The notes beneath the pieces were generated by a model. The model was not told the origin of the DNA and did not search any database. It worked only from the letters and a program-made list of their open reading frames with translations. A program made the translations under genes and the position numbers. Below, piece by piece: positions 19,709 to 30,007 of a DNA stretch of 64,000 nt (positions are counted from its first letter, which is position 1; each line of letters opens with the position of its first letter). The stretch spans positions 468 through 64,467 of the forward strand of contig CAVLCI010000001.1 of assembly GCA_963661415.1 (NCBI GenBank). Direction: 5' to 3'. The stretch comes from Bifidobacteriaceae bacterium. Lineage in GTDB: Bacteria > Bacillota_I > Bacilli_A > Erysipelotrichales > Erysipelotrichaceae.

Positions 19709-20302
19709 ATGAAAAAACACAGAATTTTTTATATTGTTTTAAGTGTCCTGTTTGTATATGCTTTTGCATCTTTTTCTACACAAATACACGCTGAAGAAAC
19801 AAAATCTGGTTCTTTTGATACATATGAATTAATAAAAATTGATGAAAAGCGTGTTATCAAAACTAATTCTATTGAGGATAGAATAGATTATTTACTGAAA
19901 TTTCCTTCTGTATATAGAGCACCTGGAAACCAAGGAAAAACAGAAAGTGATTCTACCTCCTCCGTTAAAGTTTCTTTGCGAATTGAGTATGATACTAACG
20001 GAAACACCGTCAAATTAACTAGTGTATCAGGAAATTGGAAATCATTAGATTCGCACGCATATGTAAAAAGTGCAAAATTAATTTATGGATGCAGTTCCCT
20101 TAAATTTATAACTCAAACGGCAACAAAATATCCTTCAACACCATTTACATATAATACAGGATTTAATAAATATGTCGAAAATAACTTTGGAAGTGATGTT
20201 GGAGCAATTATAAAAGTAACGATTGCAATAGGTGGAAGTACATGGAATTTCACCTTAGAGAACTGCCTAATACGATCCAATCTTGATTTAGGAATTTCAT
20301 AA
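19709..20302 (+). CDS. Hypothetical secreted beta-rich protein
   Basis: Sec signal peptide (MKKHR + hydrophobic + IHA/EE); RBS AAAGGAG. Confidence 0.75.
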   Translation: MKKHRIFYIVLSVLFVYAFASFSTQIHAEETKSGSFDTYELIKIDEKRVIKTNSIEDRIDYLLKFPSVYRAPGNQGKTESDSTSSVKVSLRIEYDTNGNTVKLTSVSGNWKSLDSHAYVKSAKLIYGCSSLKFITQTATKYPSTPFTYNTGFNKYVENNFGSDVGAIIKVTIAIGGSTWNFTLENCLIRSNLDLGIS

Positions 20303-20304
20303 AA

Positions 20305-20775
20305 ATGAAAAAAATTTTTATTATTACTTTGTTCATCATTTTCACTTTAAGCTGTTCAAAACAAAATACATATTCTTCATTGAAGATATATCCATGTAAT
20401 TCTGAAATATATGCATACATCTCTCAAACTGATGACCATGCCTATATTTCCATCTTATACTTAACAGATGGAGCAGAATTGAAATTAGACAACGAAGAAG
20501 CTTATCGAAAAGGCGTCTATGAAATTGTAGATGAAGATGCTGCTAAATCAAATATCACGCTTCCTATTCCAAACTCTTTACAAACAGTAGCAGAAAAATA
20601 CCGCAGCACCACATGTTCCACTTTATACATTAAAGGATCTGCACAGGAAATGAATGAATTACAAAAATACCTAGAAACATTTGATTTTCATATCGTCGCG
20701 GTTGGTGATACAAGTTTTGATATTCTTGGAAGGGTTGATTCAGAGATAGTTATTCTTCCAATACAAAAATTCTAA
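20305..20775 (+). CDS. Hypothetical lipoprotein
   Basis: MKKIFIITLFIIFTLS-C lipobox-like signal; starts 2 nt after upstream stop. Confidence 0.7.
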   Translation: MKKIFIITLFIIFTLSCSKQNTYSSLKIYPCNSEIYAYISQTDDHAYISILYLTDGAELKLDNEEAYRKGVYEIVDEDAAKSNITLPIPNSLQTVAEKYRSTTCSTLYIKGSAQEMNELQKYLETFDFHIVAVGDTSFDILGRVDSEIVILPIQKF

Positions 20776-20789
20776 TTTTAATGCACAAG

Positions 20790-20826
20790 AAAAAAAACCA
20801 CTAACACAAGTCAGTTGGTTTTTTTT
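20790..20826. terminator. Terminator downstream of lipoprotein gene
   Basis: AAAAAAAACCA...TGGTTTTTTTT imperfect hairpin. Confidence 0.55.
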
Positions 20827-21018
20827 CACGTATTACTTAAATTGAATATAATCTTTGAAGAAGTTTCAGGTCTTCAAAGCAATCCCATGGAGAAGATCTG
20901 TAGGATTTACTTATTTCTTTATTTTTTTTCATTCGTGATATCCTAATCGATGGAAATATACTGCAGATCAATTATACCCTATCCATACAAAAAGGAAGAA
21001 CTCGTCTTCCTTTATTTC

Positions 21019-22365
21019 TTAGAATAATCCTTGAGACATCATTGCCTCTGCAACTTTTAAGAATCCCGCAATGTTTGCACCCTTGATCAAATCATAACCA
21101 AATCCATATTTTTCAGCAGCCTTTGAGGATTCATCATGAATGGATGTCATGATTTGTTTCAACTTCTCATCTACTTCTTCACTTTTCCAAGAGAAACGTT
21201 CTGCGTTCTGTGACATTTCTAACGCACTGACCGCAACACCACCAGCATTTGCTGCTTTGGCTGGTCCTACGATCACACCATGTTCTTGTAAATAAGCAAG
21301 TGCTTCATTTGTTGCTGGCATATTTGCACCTTCAAAATAATATTTCGCCCCAGCATCAACGATTTGTTTCGCTTCATCCATTCCAACTTCATTTTGTGTA
21401 GCACATGGAATATATACATCAGCCTTTACTTCATATGGTTTCTTTCCTTCAAAGAATTCACAACCAAATTTCTCTGCATACATCTTAATATTCGCATGTT
21501 TACTTGCACGCATTTCTAATAAGTAATTGATTTTTTCTTCTGTATTGATTCCCTCAGGATCATATACATATCCATTATGTCCAGAAATCGTAACAACTTT
21601 GCCACCCATTTCTGTAATCTTTTTCGCAGCACCCCACGCTACATTACCATAACCAGATAATACAACTGTCTTACCTTCTAATGTATCATTTTCATGATCA
21701 AATACGCATTTTGCGTAGTATAAAACACCATATCCTGTAGCTTCTGGACGAATCAAAGATCCACCATATGTCAAAGGTTTTCCAGTTAGAACTCCATTAT
21801 CCCAAGAGTCTCTAACTCTACGATATTGTCCAAATAAATAACCAATTTCTCTTCCACCTACGCCAATATCTCCTGCAGGAACATCCGTGTTAGGACCAAT
21901 ATGTCTTTGTAATTCTGTCATAAATGCTTGGCAGAAACGCATAATTTCCGCATCACTCTTTCCGTGTGGATCAAAGTCACTTCCTCCTTTTCCTCCACCA
22001 ATTGGTAATGTTGTTAAAGAGTTTTTAAATACTTGTTCAAAGCCTAAGAATTTTAAGATTGAAAGATTTACAGAAGGATGGAATCTCAATCCTCCTTTGT
22101 ATGGACCTAAAGCACCATTAAACTGTACACGATATCCTCTATTAACTTGTGCTTTTCCTTCATCATCGACCCAAGCAACACGGAACATCACTTGTCTTTC
22201 TGGTTCAACAAGCCTTTCTAATAATGCAGCTTTTTCATATTCTGGATGTGCATCTACAACTGGGGCGATTGAAGTTAAAACTTCTGTTACTGTTTGTAAG
22301 AATTCAGGTTGATCTGGATTCTTTTTTCTTGTTTCTTCAATCACTCGATTAACATAATCACTCAT
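21019..22365 (-). CDS. gdhA: NADP-specific glutamate dehydrogenase
   Basis: GPYKGGLRFH, GGGKGGSDFDP, DVPAGDIGVG, EATGYG, ANAGGV; RBS AAGGAG before ATG 22365. Confidence 0.98.
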   Translation of the reverse strand: MSDYVNRVIEETRKKNPDQPEFLQTVTEVLTSIAPVVDAHPEYEKAALLERLVEPERQVMFRVAWVDDEGKAQVNRGYRVQFNGALGPYKGGLRFHPSVNLSILKFLGFEQVFKNSLTTLPIGGGKGGSDFDPHGKSDAEIMRFCQAFMTELQRHIGPNTDVPAGDIGVGGREIGYLFGQYRRVRDSWDNGVLTGKPLTYGGSLIRPEATGYGVLYYAKCVFDHENDTLEGKTVVLSGYGNVAWGAAKKITEMGGKVVTISGHNGYVYDPEGINTEEKINYLLEMRASKHANIKMYAEKFGCEFFEGKKPYEVKADVYIPCATQNEVGMDEAKQIVDAGAKYYFEGANMPATNEALAYLQEHGVIVGPAKAANAGGVAVSALEMSQNAERFSWKSEEVDEKLKQIMTSIHDESSKAAEKYGFGYDLIKGANIAGFLKVAEAMMSQGLF

Positions 22366-22499
22366 ACATTCTCCTTTTTCGCATTTTGCGATTTCCCTCA
22401 TGACTTTTTCATTTTATAATAAGTCGATTTTCCTGAAAAGTAATATAAAAAAAGAAACTATTTCTTTTCCAAGAATTCTTCATTCTTTTTGAAACAGTT

Positions 22500-23099
22500 T
22501 CATTGAAGTATTTGATTGATTTGTTCGAGTGTAATAGGTCCTTGTCTTAAGATTTTAATTTCATCTTGTGTACAATCAATGATCGTACTTGCTTCTGAAA
22601 ATGTAGTATCTCCTTCCATCATACCATCTAACAATGGACAATGTTTTTCAATATCCTCTAAACTTGTACAAACAGGTTCTCCCGATTGATTCGCACTTGT
22701 CATAAAAACAGGGCATCCTAATTGTTCAATGATTTGTTCTAAAACATCACTAGTAGCCATACGAATCGCTAACGTATCCATTCCACCATTCACATAATCC
22801 GAAACACAAGCTTTTTTCTTTAAGATAAAAGTTACTGGGCCAGGCATAAACGCTTGAATCAGCTTTTCACTTCTTTCATCTACTACACAAATTTGTTTAA
22901 TTTGTTCTTCATTGGCACACATAATAGGAAATGCTTTTGTTTCTGGTCTTTTCTTCACATCTCTTAATTTTTCTTGTGCTTCTTTATGATCGTATCTACA
23001 ACACACTCCATATACCGTATCTGTAGGAACAGATAGTGTTCCATCATTCTTTAATAAATCAACGATTTCATTGATTTGTGTTTGTTTAAATCTTTTCAT
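22500..23099 (-). CDS. tsaC: L-threonylcarbamoyladenylate synthase (TsaC/Sua5/YrdC family)
   Basis: PTDTVYG, K.RP, PGPVT, TSANQSG, ASTIID motifs. Confidence 0.9.
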   Translation of the reverse strand: MKRFKQTQINEIVDLLKNDGTLSVPTDTVYGVCCRYDHKEAQEKLRDVKKRPETKAFPIMCANEEQIKQICVVDERSEKLIQAFMPGPVTFILKKKACVSDYVNGGMDTLAIRMATSDVLEQIIEQLGCPVFMTSANQSGEPVCTSLEDIEKHCPLLDGMMEGDTTFSEASTIIDCTQDEIKILRQGPITLEQINQILQ

Positions 23100-23167
23100 T
23101 GTTTTCACCGCCCTATCTATTATAATCATTAATATAAAGGAAAGTGATATTTTTTGAGGGAAATACG

Positions 23168-23608
23168 ATGTATACACAAATGCAGAAATTCCATTCTTTA
23201 ACAGCAGAAGAAATTCATAAAATGTATCAGCTGAGAGTTGATGTTTTTGTTGTGGAACAAAATTGTCCCTATCATGAAGTAGATGATTTTGATTTACAAG
23301 CATACCATGCTTTTTTGAAAGATGAAGATGGTACGATTCTAGCGTATTGTAGAATATTACCACCTAACACATCATTTCAAACACCAGCCATTGGCAGAGT
23401 CATTTCTACCCAAAGAAGAAAAGGATACGCAACACAACTATTAAAAGAAGTCATTCCTTTTATACAAAAAGAATATCAACAAGACACCATTACCATTGAA
23501 GCACAAACATACGCTAGAAAATTATATGAAAATATTGGTTTTGTACAAACAAGTGATCCATTTCTAGAAGATGGTATTGAACATATTCAAATGCAATATC
23601 ATAAATAA
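23168..23608 (+). CDS. ElaA-like GNAT N-acetyltransferase
   Basis: LRVDVFVVEQNCPY, IGRV, EAQTYA, FLEDGIEH. Confidence 0.92.
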   Translation: MYTQMQKFHSLTAEEIHKMYQLRVDVFVVEQNCPYHEVDDFDLQAYHAFLKDEDGTILAYCRILPPNTSFQTPAIGRVISTQRRKGYATQLLKEVIPFIQKEYQQDTITIEAQTYARKLYENIGFVQTSDPFLEDGIEHIQMQYHK

Positions 23609-23639
23609 ATATACATTTCTTCCACACAAAATCAACAAA

Positions 23640-23675
23640 AGGATGTCTACGATACATTAGACATCCTCTTTTTTT
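23640..23675. terminator. Bidirectional terminator
   Basis: AGGATGTCTA-N8-TAGACATCCT followed by T-tract. Confidence 0.75.
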
Positions 23676-24585
23676 ATTTTTTAGGTACAAATACAGATAT
23701 TCTTTCTGGAATAACTTTAATTTGTGCGATTTGAACATTTCCACCATCTTCTCCATCTAATGTCCAAGGAACTTCTTCATCAAATTCGAATGTTGCTTCC
23801 TTCATTTGGAATGTTAATACACCTTTACAATGTACTTTATTTCCATTAAATGCGTTAATCATATCCGCAATATCAATTGGAGAAGGATTCGCCTTAATCA
23901 ACAAAGCTTCAAATACACCATCATTTAAGGAACTCATCTTAATGACTCCAGGTTGTGTGCCCGCAACAGAAATACTATTTGTGATAAGTCCAAACATGAA
24001 GTCACCTTCATCCACAATACCATCATGTGTAATTTTACAATGCTTACAATACGTTAAACCACCAGGAATCGTTGTTAGAAAGTTTAATACATACGCAACA
24101 TATCCCAAACGATTTTTCATATCTTGTGGTGTTGTATAGGATACAGATGGGAAAATACCAAATCCAGCAACATAGTTAAAATAATTTTGGTTGAATTTTC
24201 CAATATCATAATCATATGTTTTTCCATGTGTAATAAATCTACAAATTTCTTTAAAGCTATGATTTTTAGGTCCATATAAACTCTTTGAAAAATCATTTGT
24301 GGATCCAACAGGAACATAACTGATAGGTAGATGAATATCATTATCCATGAAACCATTGATTGCGTGATTTAATGTACCATCTCCTCCACAAATAAAGTAT
24401 TGATCAAATCTACCTTTTGTATTTTCAATAATAGATTCACTTGTTAATCCTTTACTTGGAACAATTGGAAATATTGTAACTTCATATCCATGTACACTTA
24501 AATACTCAATACATTGAAATAAATCATTCATACTGCCAGAAATACCAGCTTTTTGATTATAGATCATTAATATTTTCTTAGACAT
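23674..24585 (-). CDS. Diacylglycerol/lipid kinase (DgkB/YegS family)
   Basis: YN.KAG, GGDGTLN, PVGSTNDF, LDGE motifs. Confidence 0.92.
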   Translation of the reverse strand: MSKKILMIYNQKAGISGSMNDLFQCIEYLSVHGYEVTIFPIVPSKGLTSESIIENTKGRFDQYFICGGDGTLNHAINGFMDNDIHLPISYVPVGSTNDFSKSLYGPKNHSFKEICRFITHGKTYDYDIGKFNQNYFNYVAGFGIFPSVSYTTPQDMKNRLGYVAYVLNFLTTIPGGLTYCKHCKITHDGIVDEGDFMFGLITNSISVAGTQPGVIKMSSLNDGVFEALLIKANPSPIDIADMINAFNGNKVHCKGVLTFQMKEATFEFDEEVPWTLDGEDGGNVQIAQIKVIPERISVFVPKK

Positions 24586-27500
24586 CATTGATCCTCCTGT
24601 GTTGGTGGAACACCATCTTCATTTCCTACTGTTACTGTTGTATTCTCTTCACTTGTTTCAACAGGTGTCATTGTTTCACCTTTTTCAAGCAATGTAGTTA
24701 ATTTTCCTTCATCAACTCTATGCCAATTGGATTGTCTACTTCTCAAATAACATACAGCGTATACATGATCAAAATCTAAATCATCTCGTTCAATAGAAAC
24801 AGACCATTCAGAATTATTGGAAGAAGACATACCAATTTCCATCTTATCATTAATATCATCTGCATTCCATAGAACAACTTCAACATCCAATTGTCCACCT
24901 GCAGCATTTACTGCACCATCCGCATGGAATGTAATCGTATCTGCTTCTTCATCATAGGTAGCGTATAGATTTGCGTACCATGGTTTTTCTGCCGTATTGA
25001 AATTACATGTTCCAACGACACTACCAGCTTCCATATCATAGATAACGACATGTACACCATCACGATAGTTTGTTAAATTGGACCAACTATTTCCAATTGT
25101 GATCGTTGCGTAACTACCGTCGGAATCTGCACTAGAAATCGTATAGGAAGTTCCATTCGCAAGTTCACCACTATCTCTGATATATCCCGTACCTTCTTTT
25201 AATACTGTTGTACCTTTTGAGAAGATCGCATATCTAGTATTCTCTTCATCATCAAAGAAAGATTCTGGAATACCTAAAGAAATCAATTCATTCTTTTCAA
25301 CTTCACTCAATTGATTTAAAGCGTCACCTTGTGTCGTAACAAAGATCGCATATTTATTTTTATCTAAAACACTCGCACTATGTAGCGTTTCTTGTAGAAG
25401 ATTATCCTCACAAGGAATCACAGCTAGATTTCCAGCATATTCATAAATGTTTTGCGTCTTTAATGCATCAGAATCATCAATTCTAACATGTGCATCTACC
25501 GATATCGTTTGATTTTCTATACCACCATTAGAGATATCAATAACTGCTTGATATGTACCATTAGCCTCTGCATCATGTTTCGCTTTAACTGTTTGTTTTG
25601 TGCCATCTGGATGTGTCACAGTAACAGAAACATAATCAATATTTCCACCTGTATAAAAAATATCTTCAATCGCTAACGTTGCAGTTTTATCTGTTGCATC
25701 ATATGCATCTAAGTAAACAACAGAAGAACGAATTCCTTCTTCACTTAAGTATTCTTGGAATTCATCTGAAGATACATCATTACCACTCAATTCTGACATG
25801 AATGTACTCTTCTTATTTAATTCTCCTTTTTCTTTATCTAATCCATATTTTTCTGTTAATGTTTGTTCTGATGAAAATAGATTTGTTCCTAATCCTAATC
25901 GATTCCCTTCAATTTGAACACCCATCGCAGCTAATGTTGTAGGAAAATTATCAAATGTTGTATAAGTTCTTTCTACATTATTTTCTACAGATACTGCAGA
26001 ATTAATATAACAAGTATATACTCGTCTTTGATAATCTGTATCAATATCTAGCATATAATCAGAATCCATTGTAGGATGATCTCCTGAAATGACAATTGTT
26101 GTATTTTCATACCAAGATTGTGTTTTACACCATTCTACGAAAGCACTCACTTGTTTATCAGAATTAAAGATAACATTTGAGTAATGATCATCAAATCTAT
26201 ATTCTGCTTCATCATCTAAATAACCATCTTCAAAATGCGTATCAACCGTTAACATCGTATAGTTAAATGGTTGACCACTATTCGCTAGATTTGTCACATC
26301 ATTTTTAGCCATTTCAAACAAATAATCATCTTCAAATCCCCACCAAACATAATACCCGCGAGGAATGATTCCAGCATCTTGTGCATATTCATAATCATGG
26401 AACGCATAATCTCCATGTTCTTGGAAATACAATTCTCTACCACCAAAAGACACTGGAGAACCACAGGCAAACATTTGTGAATATCCTTGTTGTTGTAAGA
26501 TATCACCTAATGTTGTAATTCCAGGAAAGAATGTGCTTTGTGTTGTCATTGTATTACGGCCAACATCTGTTTGTAATGGTAAGCCTGAAGTAGCCGCAAA
26601 TAGTCCACCCATTGTCCAAGTTGTAGATGGCATGGAATACGCACCATTCAATATACTATTATCACTTCCAGAAAAGTCTTCATTCGCTTCCGCAAGTGCT
26701 GTTAAATTTGGAATGACATTTTCATCCTTTGCCCCACCATTTGCCTTATCCGCATAACTCATTTCCATAGATTCACAATAGATATAAATTAAATTTCTTT
26801 TCGTTTCAGGGAATGTTAAATTTGTTGAAGAAGGGTCTACATATTCTGTTTTAATAAAATCAGATGTTGTTGTTTGGTTTTCGACATATGTCCCTACATC
26901 TAAATGATTCCAAAAAGTTGTGCCAGCAATCGCAATACAAACACAAGAAACGATTACCATGACCGTTTTACCAATTCTTCGAAAAATCTTTCCTGCTTTT
27001 GTAAGAATAACAATCAAAATGATTCCAATGGCCATACAAATACACATTGGAACAACAGATTGTTGAATAAAAGCATCAATCATATTAGAACCAGTACCTT
27101 CTAGAGGTGCTGTTGCTTCATACATCAACTCATCCATCTTTAGGTTAGGCCATGTTGTTATCAACCATTGCACAACAAAATACAAAAGTGTACCAAATCC
27201 TAAAAACAATACCGCAAGAATACTTGTAAAGATACCAAGATGTTTTTTACTGGAAATTTTCATTTCTTTTTTAGAAACTTTTAAGTTTTTCTTTGCTTCT
27301 TTGAGAGCTTTCTTTTGATTTTTGGCTTCTAATTTCAATTCTTTGATTTGTGACTTAATGTCTGTAGATGTATCTACATAATCACTCTTCATTGAAATAT
27401 ATTGTTCTTTTGCCTTTTGTAGCTTTTTACTTGCATGTGCTATTTTTTTCTCTCGTTGTTTTTTCGCTTCAATATCTTTTTGACGTAAATGAAATCGTCT

Positions 27501-27677
27501 AAATGCTTTCTTTTCTGGTTTTTCATTTGTAGAAGGAATTTCTGTTCCTTCTACTGCTTCTTTTTTTACAGTTTGAACAGAATAATAGTTATGATGAAGA
27601 CCTGTAGGTTTCTTACCTTTCTTAAAACTATAACGAGAATGTGACTGTTTTTTGTGATTTCTATCTATCTTTTTCAT
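24585..27677 (-). CDS. LTA synthase (LtaS-like sulfatase superfamily) protein with long N- and C-terminal extensions
   Basis: TM segments, NLIYIYCES, WTMGG (Thr nucleophile), TVDTH, SGDH metal ligands; 1030 aa. Confidence 0.85.
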   Translation of the reverse strand: MKKIDRNHKKQSHSRYSFKKGKKPTGLHHNYYSVQTVKKEAVEGTEIPSTNEKPEKKAFRRFHLRQKDIEAKKQREKKIAHASKKLQKAKEQYISMKSDYVDTSTDIKSQIKELKLEAKNQKKALKEAKKNLKVSKKEMKISSKKHLGIFTSILAVLFLGFGTLLYFVVQWLITTWPNLKMDELMYEATAPLEGTGSNMIDAFIQQSVVPMCICMAIGIILIVILTKAGKIFRRIGKTVMVIVSCVCIAIAGTTFWNHLDVGTYVENQTTTSDFIKTEYVDPSSTNLTFPETKRNLIYIYCESMEMSYADKANGGAKDENVIPNLTALAEANEDFSGSDNSILNGAYSMPSTTWTMGGLFAATSGLPLQTDVGRNTMTTQSTFFPGITTLGDILQQQGYSQMFACGSPVSFGGRELYFQEHGDYAFHDYEYAQDAGIIPRGYYVWWGFEDDYLFEMAKNDVTNLANSGQPFNYTMLTVDTHFEDGYLDDEAEYRFDDHYSNVIFNSDKQVSAFVEWCKTQSWYENTTIVISGDHPTMDSDYMLDIDTDYQRRVYTCYINSAVSVENNVERTYTTFDNFPTTLAAMGVQIEGNRLGLGTNLFSSEQTLTEKYGLDKEKGELNKKSTFMSELSGNDVSSDEFQEYLSEEGIRSSVVYLDAYDATDKTATLAIEDIFYTGGNIDYVSVTVTHPDGTKQTVKAKHDAEANGTYQAVIDISNGGIENQTISVDAHVRIDDSDALKTQNIYEYAGNLAVIPCEDNLLQETLHSASVLDKNKYAIFVTTQGDALNQLSEVEKNELISLGIPESFFDDEENTRYAIFSKGTTVLKEGTGYIRDSGELANGTSYTISSADSDGSYATITIGNSWSNLTNYRDGVHVVIYDMEAGSVVGTCNFNTAEKPWYANLYATYDEEADTITFHADGAVNAAGGQLDVEVVLWNADDINDKMEIGMSSSNNSEWSVSIERDDLDFDHVYAVCYLRSRQSNWHRVDEGKLTTLLEKGETMTPVETSEENTTVTVGNEDGVPPTQEDQ

Positions 27678-27780
27678 GCCTATTATTATACTTATTTCTA
27701 ACTATCATTTAAATTGAATTTTACACACAAATCAAAAATAATGTCCAAAACCAACAAAAAAAGTCAGAATAAATCTGACT

Positions 27781-29439
27781 TTACATTTTTTCTGGAGCAG
27801 AAACGCCAATGAGATCCAATGCATTTTCCATTGTTACCATACATGCGCTAACTAATCCCAATCTTTCATTTGTTAATTCAGGATTAGAAGGATCAGCTAC
27901 TCTACAAGAATTGTAGTAAGAATGGAATGCTTTTGCGAAATCATGGCAGTATTGACAAATACGATTTACAGCTCTATATTTTGCAGCTTCTTCTACCTTC
28001 TTAGGGAATTCACTGATTTGTTTTAATAACGCAATTTCCTTTGGATCTGTTAATAAAGTATAAGAATCTTTCTGTACAAATTCAGGTGTTCCTTCTTTAT
28101 GAACGATGTTATACATTCTTGTATATGCATATTGAACATAATAAACAGGATTATCATTGTTCTTTTGTTTCGCAAGATCCATATCAAAATCCATCTGTGT
28201 ATTTAATTCCTTGGATACAAAGAACCATCTTGCGGCATCAACACCTACATCTTCACATAATTCTCTAATTGTGATTGCGTTACCAGTTCTCTTACTCATC
28301 TTAACTTCTTCACCATTAGATACCATTCTAACCATTTGAATCAAATCCACGATCATTTTTTCTGGATCAAAATCAAGTGCTTCTAATGCACATTTCATTC
28401 TCTTTACATAAGAGTGATGATCAGCACCCCAAAGATTGATCAATGTATCATAACCTCTTTCAAACTTATAAACATGGTTTGCGATATCTGGTGTTAAATA
28501 TGTTAATAAACCTGTATTTTTCTTTAAGACTCTGTCTTTGTCATCTCCAAATTTTGTTGATTGGAACCATAAAGCATCATCTTTTTCATATGTTAATCCT
28601 TTTTCTTTTAAGGACTCAATACATTGATTGATTCTAGCACTATCATTTTGATAGAAGAATCTTTCATGCATCCATGAATCAAAATGAACTCTAAATAGAT
28701 CTAAGTCCTTTCTGATGGCATCTAGTTTCATTTCAATACCTTCATCCTTGAAATATTCACACCATTCAGAATGATCCTTATTCAACCACTTATCACCATC
28801 TTTTTCTTTGATTTTTTTTGCGACTTCAACAATATCTTGGGCATGATATCCATTTTCTGGTAATGGATAAGAAACTCCAAATAATTCACAATATCTTGAA
28901 TACATACTTTCCGCAAGCATATCAATTTGATTTCCGGCATCATTGACATAATATTCACGTGTTACATCATATCCTGCTTCACTTAAGATTCTACAAAGTG
29001 CATCACCCCAAGCTGCACCACGTGCATGTCCACAATGTAAATCACCAGTTGGATTTGCGGATACATATTCAACTAATAATTTTTCAGATTTCCCAAAATC
29101 ACTTTTTCCATAATTCTTACCTTCAGAAAGAATTAAATTAATACATGCAGACAATGCTGATTCATTGATTTTAAAATTAATAAATCCAGGACCTGCAACA
29201 CTAATATCGCTTGCTTCTTCTAAATTACCTTTTAAAGATGCAACCAATTCATTGGCAATATCAACAGGCTTTTTATGAAGAGACTTCGCTAAACGCATCG
29301 CAATATTTGTACTGTAGTCTCCCATTTTAGGATCTCTAGGTCTTTCAACCATGATCATATTATCTTCAGTTTCTAATTCAAAAGTTTCTTTTACAGAAGC
29401 TTTAATGGCTTCACAAATTTTCACACTAATGTCACTCAT
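27781..29439 (-). CDS. argS: Arginine--tRNA ligase
   Basis: EYVSANPTGDLHCGH (HIGH-like), KMSKR, YYVQYAY, FHSYYN. Confidence 0.98.
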   Translation of the reverse strand: MSDISVKICEAIKASVKETFELETEDNMIMVERPRDPKMGDYSTNIAMRLAKSLHKKPVDIANELVASLKGNLEEASDISVAGPGFINFKINESALSACINLILSEGKNYGKSDFGKSEKLLVEYVSANPTGDLHCGHARGAAWGDALCRILSEAGYDVTREYYVNDAGNQIDMLAESMYSRYCELFGVSYPLPENGYHAQDIVEVAKKIKEKDGDKWLNKDHSEWCEYFKDEGIEMKLDAIRKDLDLFRVHFDSWMHERFFYQNDSARINQCIESLKEKGLTYEKDDALWFQSTKFGDDKDRVLKKNTGLLTYLTPDIANHVYKFERGYDTLINLWGADHHSYVKRMKCALEALDFDPEKMIVDLIQMVRMVSNGEEVKMSKRTGNAITIRELCEDVGVDAARWFFVSKELNTQMDFDMDLAKQKNNDNPVYYVQYAYTRMYNIVHKEGTPEFVQKDSYTLLTDPKEIALLKQISEFPKKVEEAAKYRAVNRICQYCHDFAKAFHSYYNSCRVADPSNPELTNERLGLVSACMVTMENALDLIGVSAPEKM

Positions 29440-29495
29440 ACTTCTTCTCTACTTTCTAAAATTCCACAATATTATATCAAACAAACAATTGTTTC

Positions 29496-29927
29496 CTACT
29501 TCTTTTTTCGATTCTTATCCACTACATTACGAACTTCATTCATTTGTTTCTTATCAAAAAACAATTTCACTGGGCGATGTCTTCCTTGTAAAGATAAACA
29601 ACCATCCGCATAATTCAAAGTTACTTCTTTGGCATCATTCCAAGTAGTGAGTACTCCCGTCACAATTACACCGTCTTCACTCACACCACTTTTCACAAAA
29701 TAAAATAATGTTCCTATCACTAACAACGAAATTGTTTGAACCCATTTTGTAATCCCGGAATATTGAAAATAACTCATGATTGCCACAAAATAAAACATCA
29801 TTGAAAAAATAATCTTACTACCACTTTTCGCTTCTACAATTACCTTTTGAGATGTTTTTACCCAAAACACTAAAAGTATAACGATGATTACATCAATTGC
29901 ACTAAAAATAATATTTCCAATATCCAT
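29496..29927 (-). CDS. Hypothetical membrane protein
   Basis: Three TM segments and a small soluble C-terminal domain; RBS AGGAG. Confidence 0.7.
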   Translation of the reverse strand: MDIGNIIFSAIDVIIVILLVFWVKTSQKVIVEAKSGSKIIFSMMFYFVAIMSYFQYSGITKWVQTISLLVIGTLFYFVKSGVSEDGVIVTGVLTTWNDAKEVTLNYADGCLSLQGRHRPVKLFFDKKQMNEVRNVVDKNRKKK

Positions 29928-30007
29928 TTCACAAACTCCTATACCAAAAGATTATACGCCAAAAAAAGATGTAACTCTACCTATAAAGCTACATCTCTGC
30001 ATTCTTA

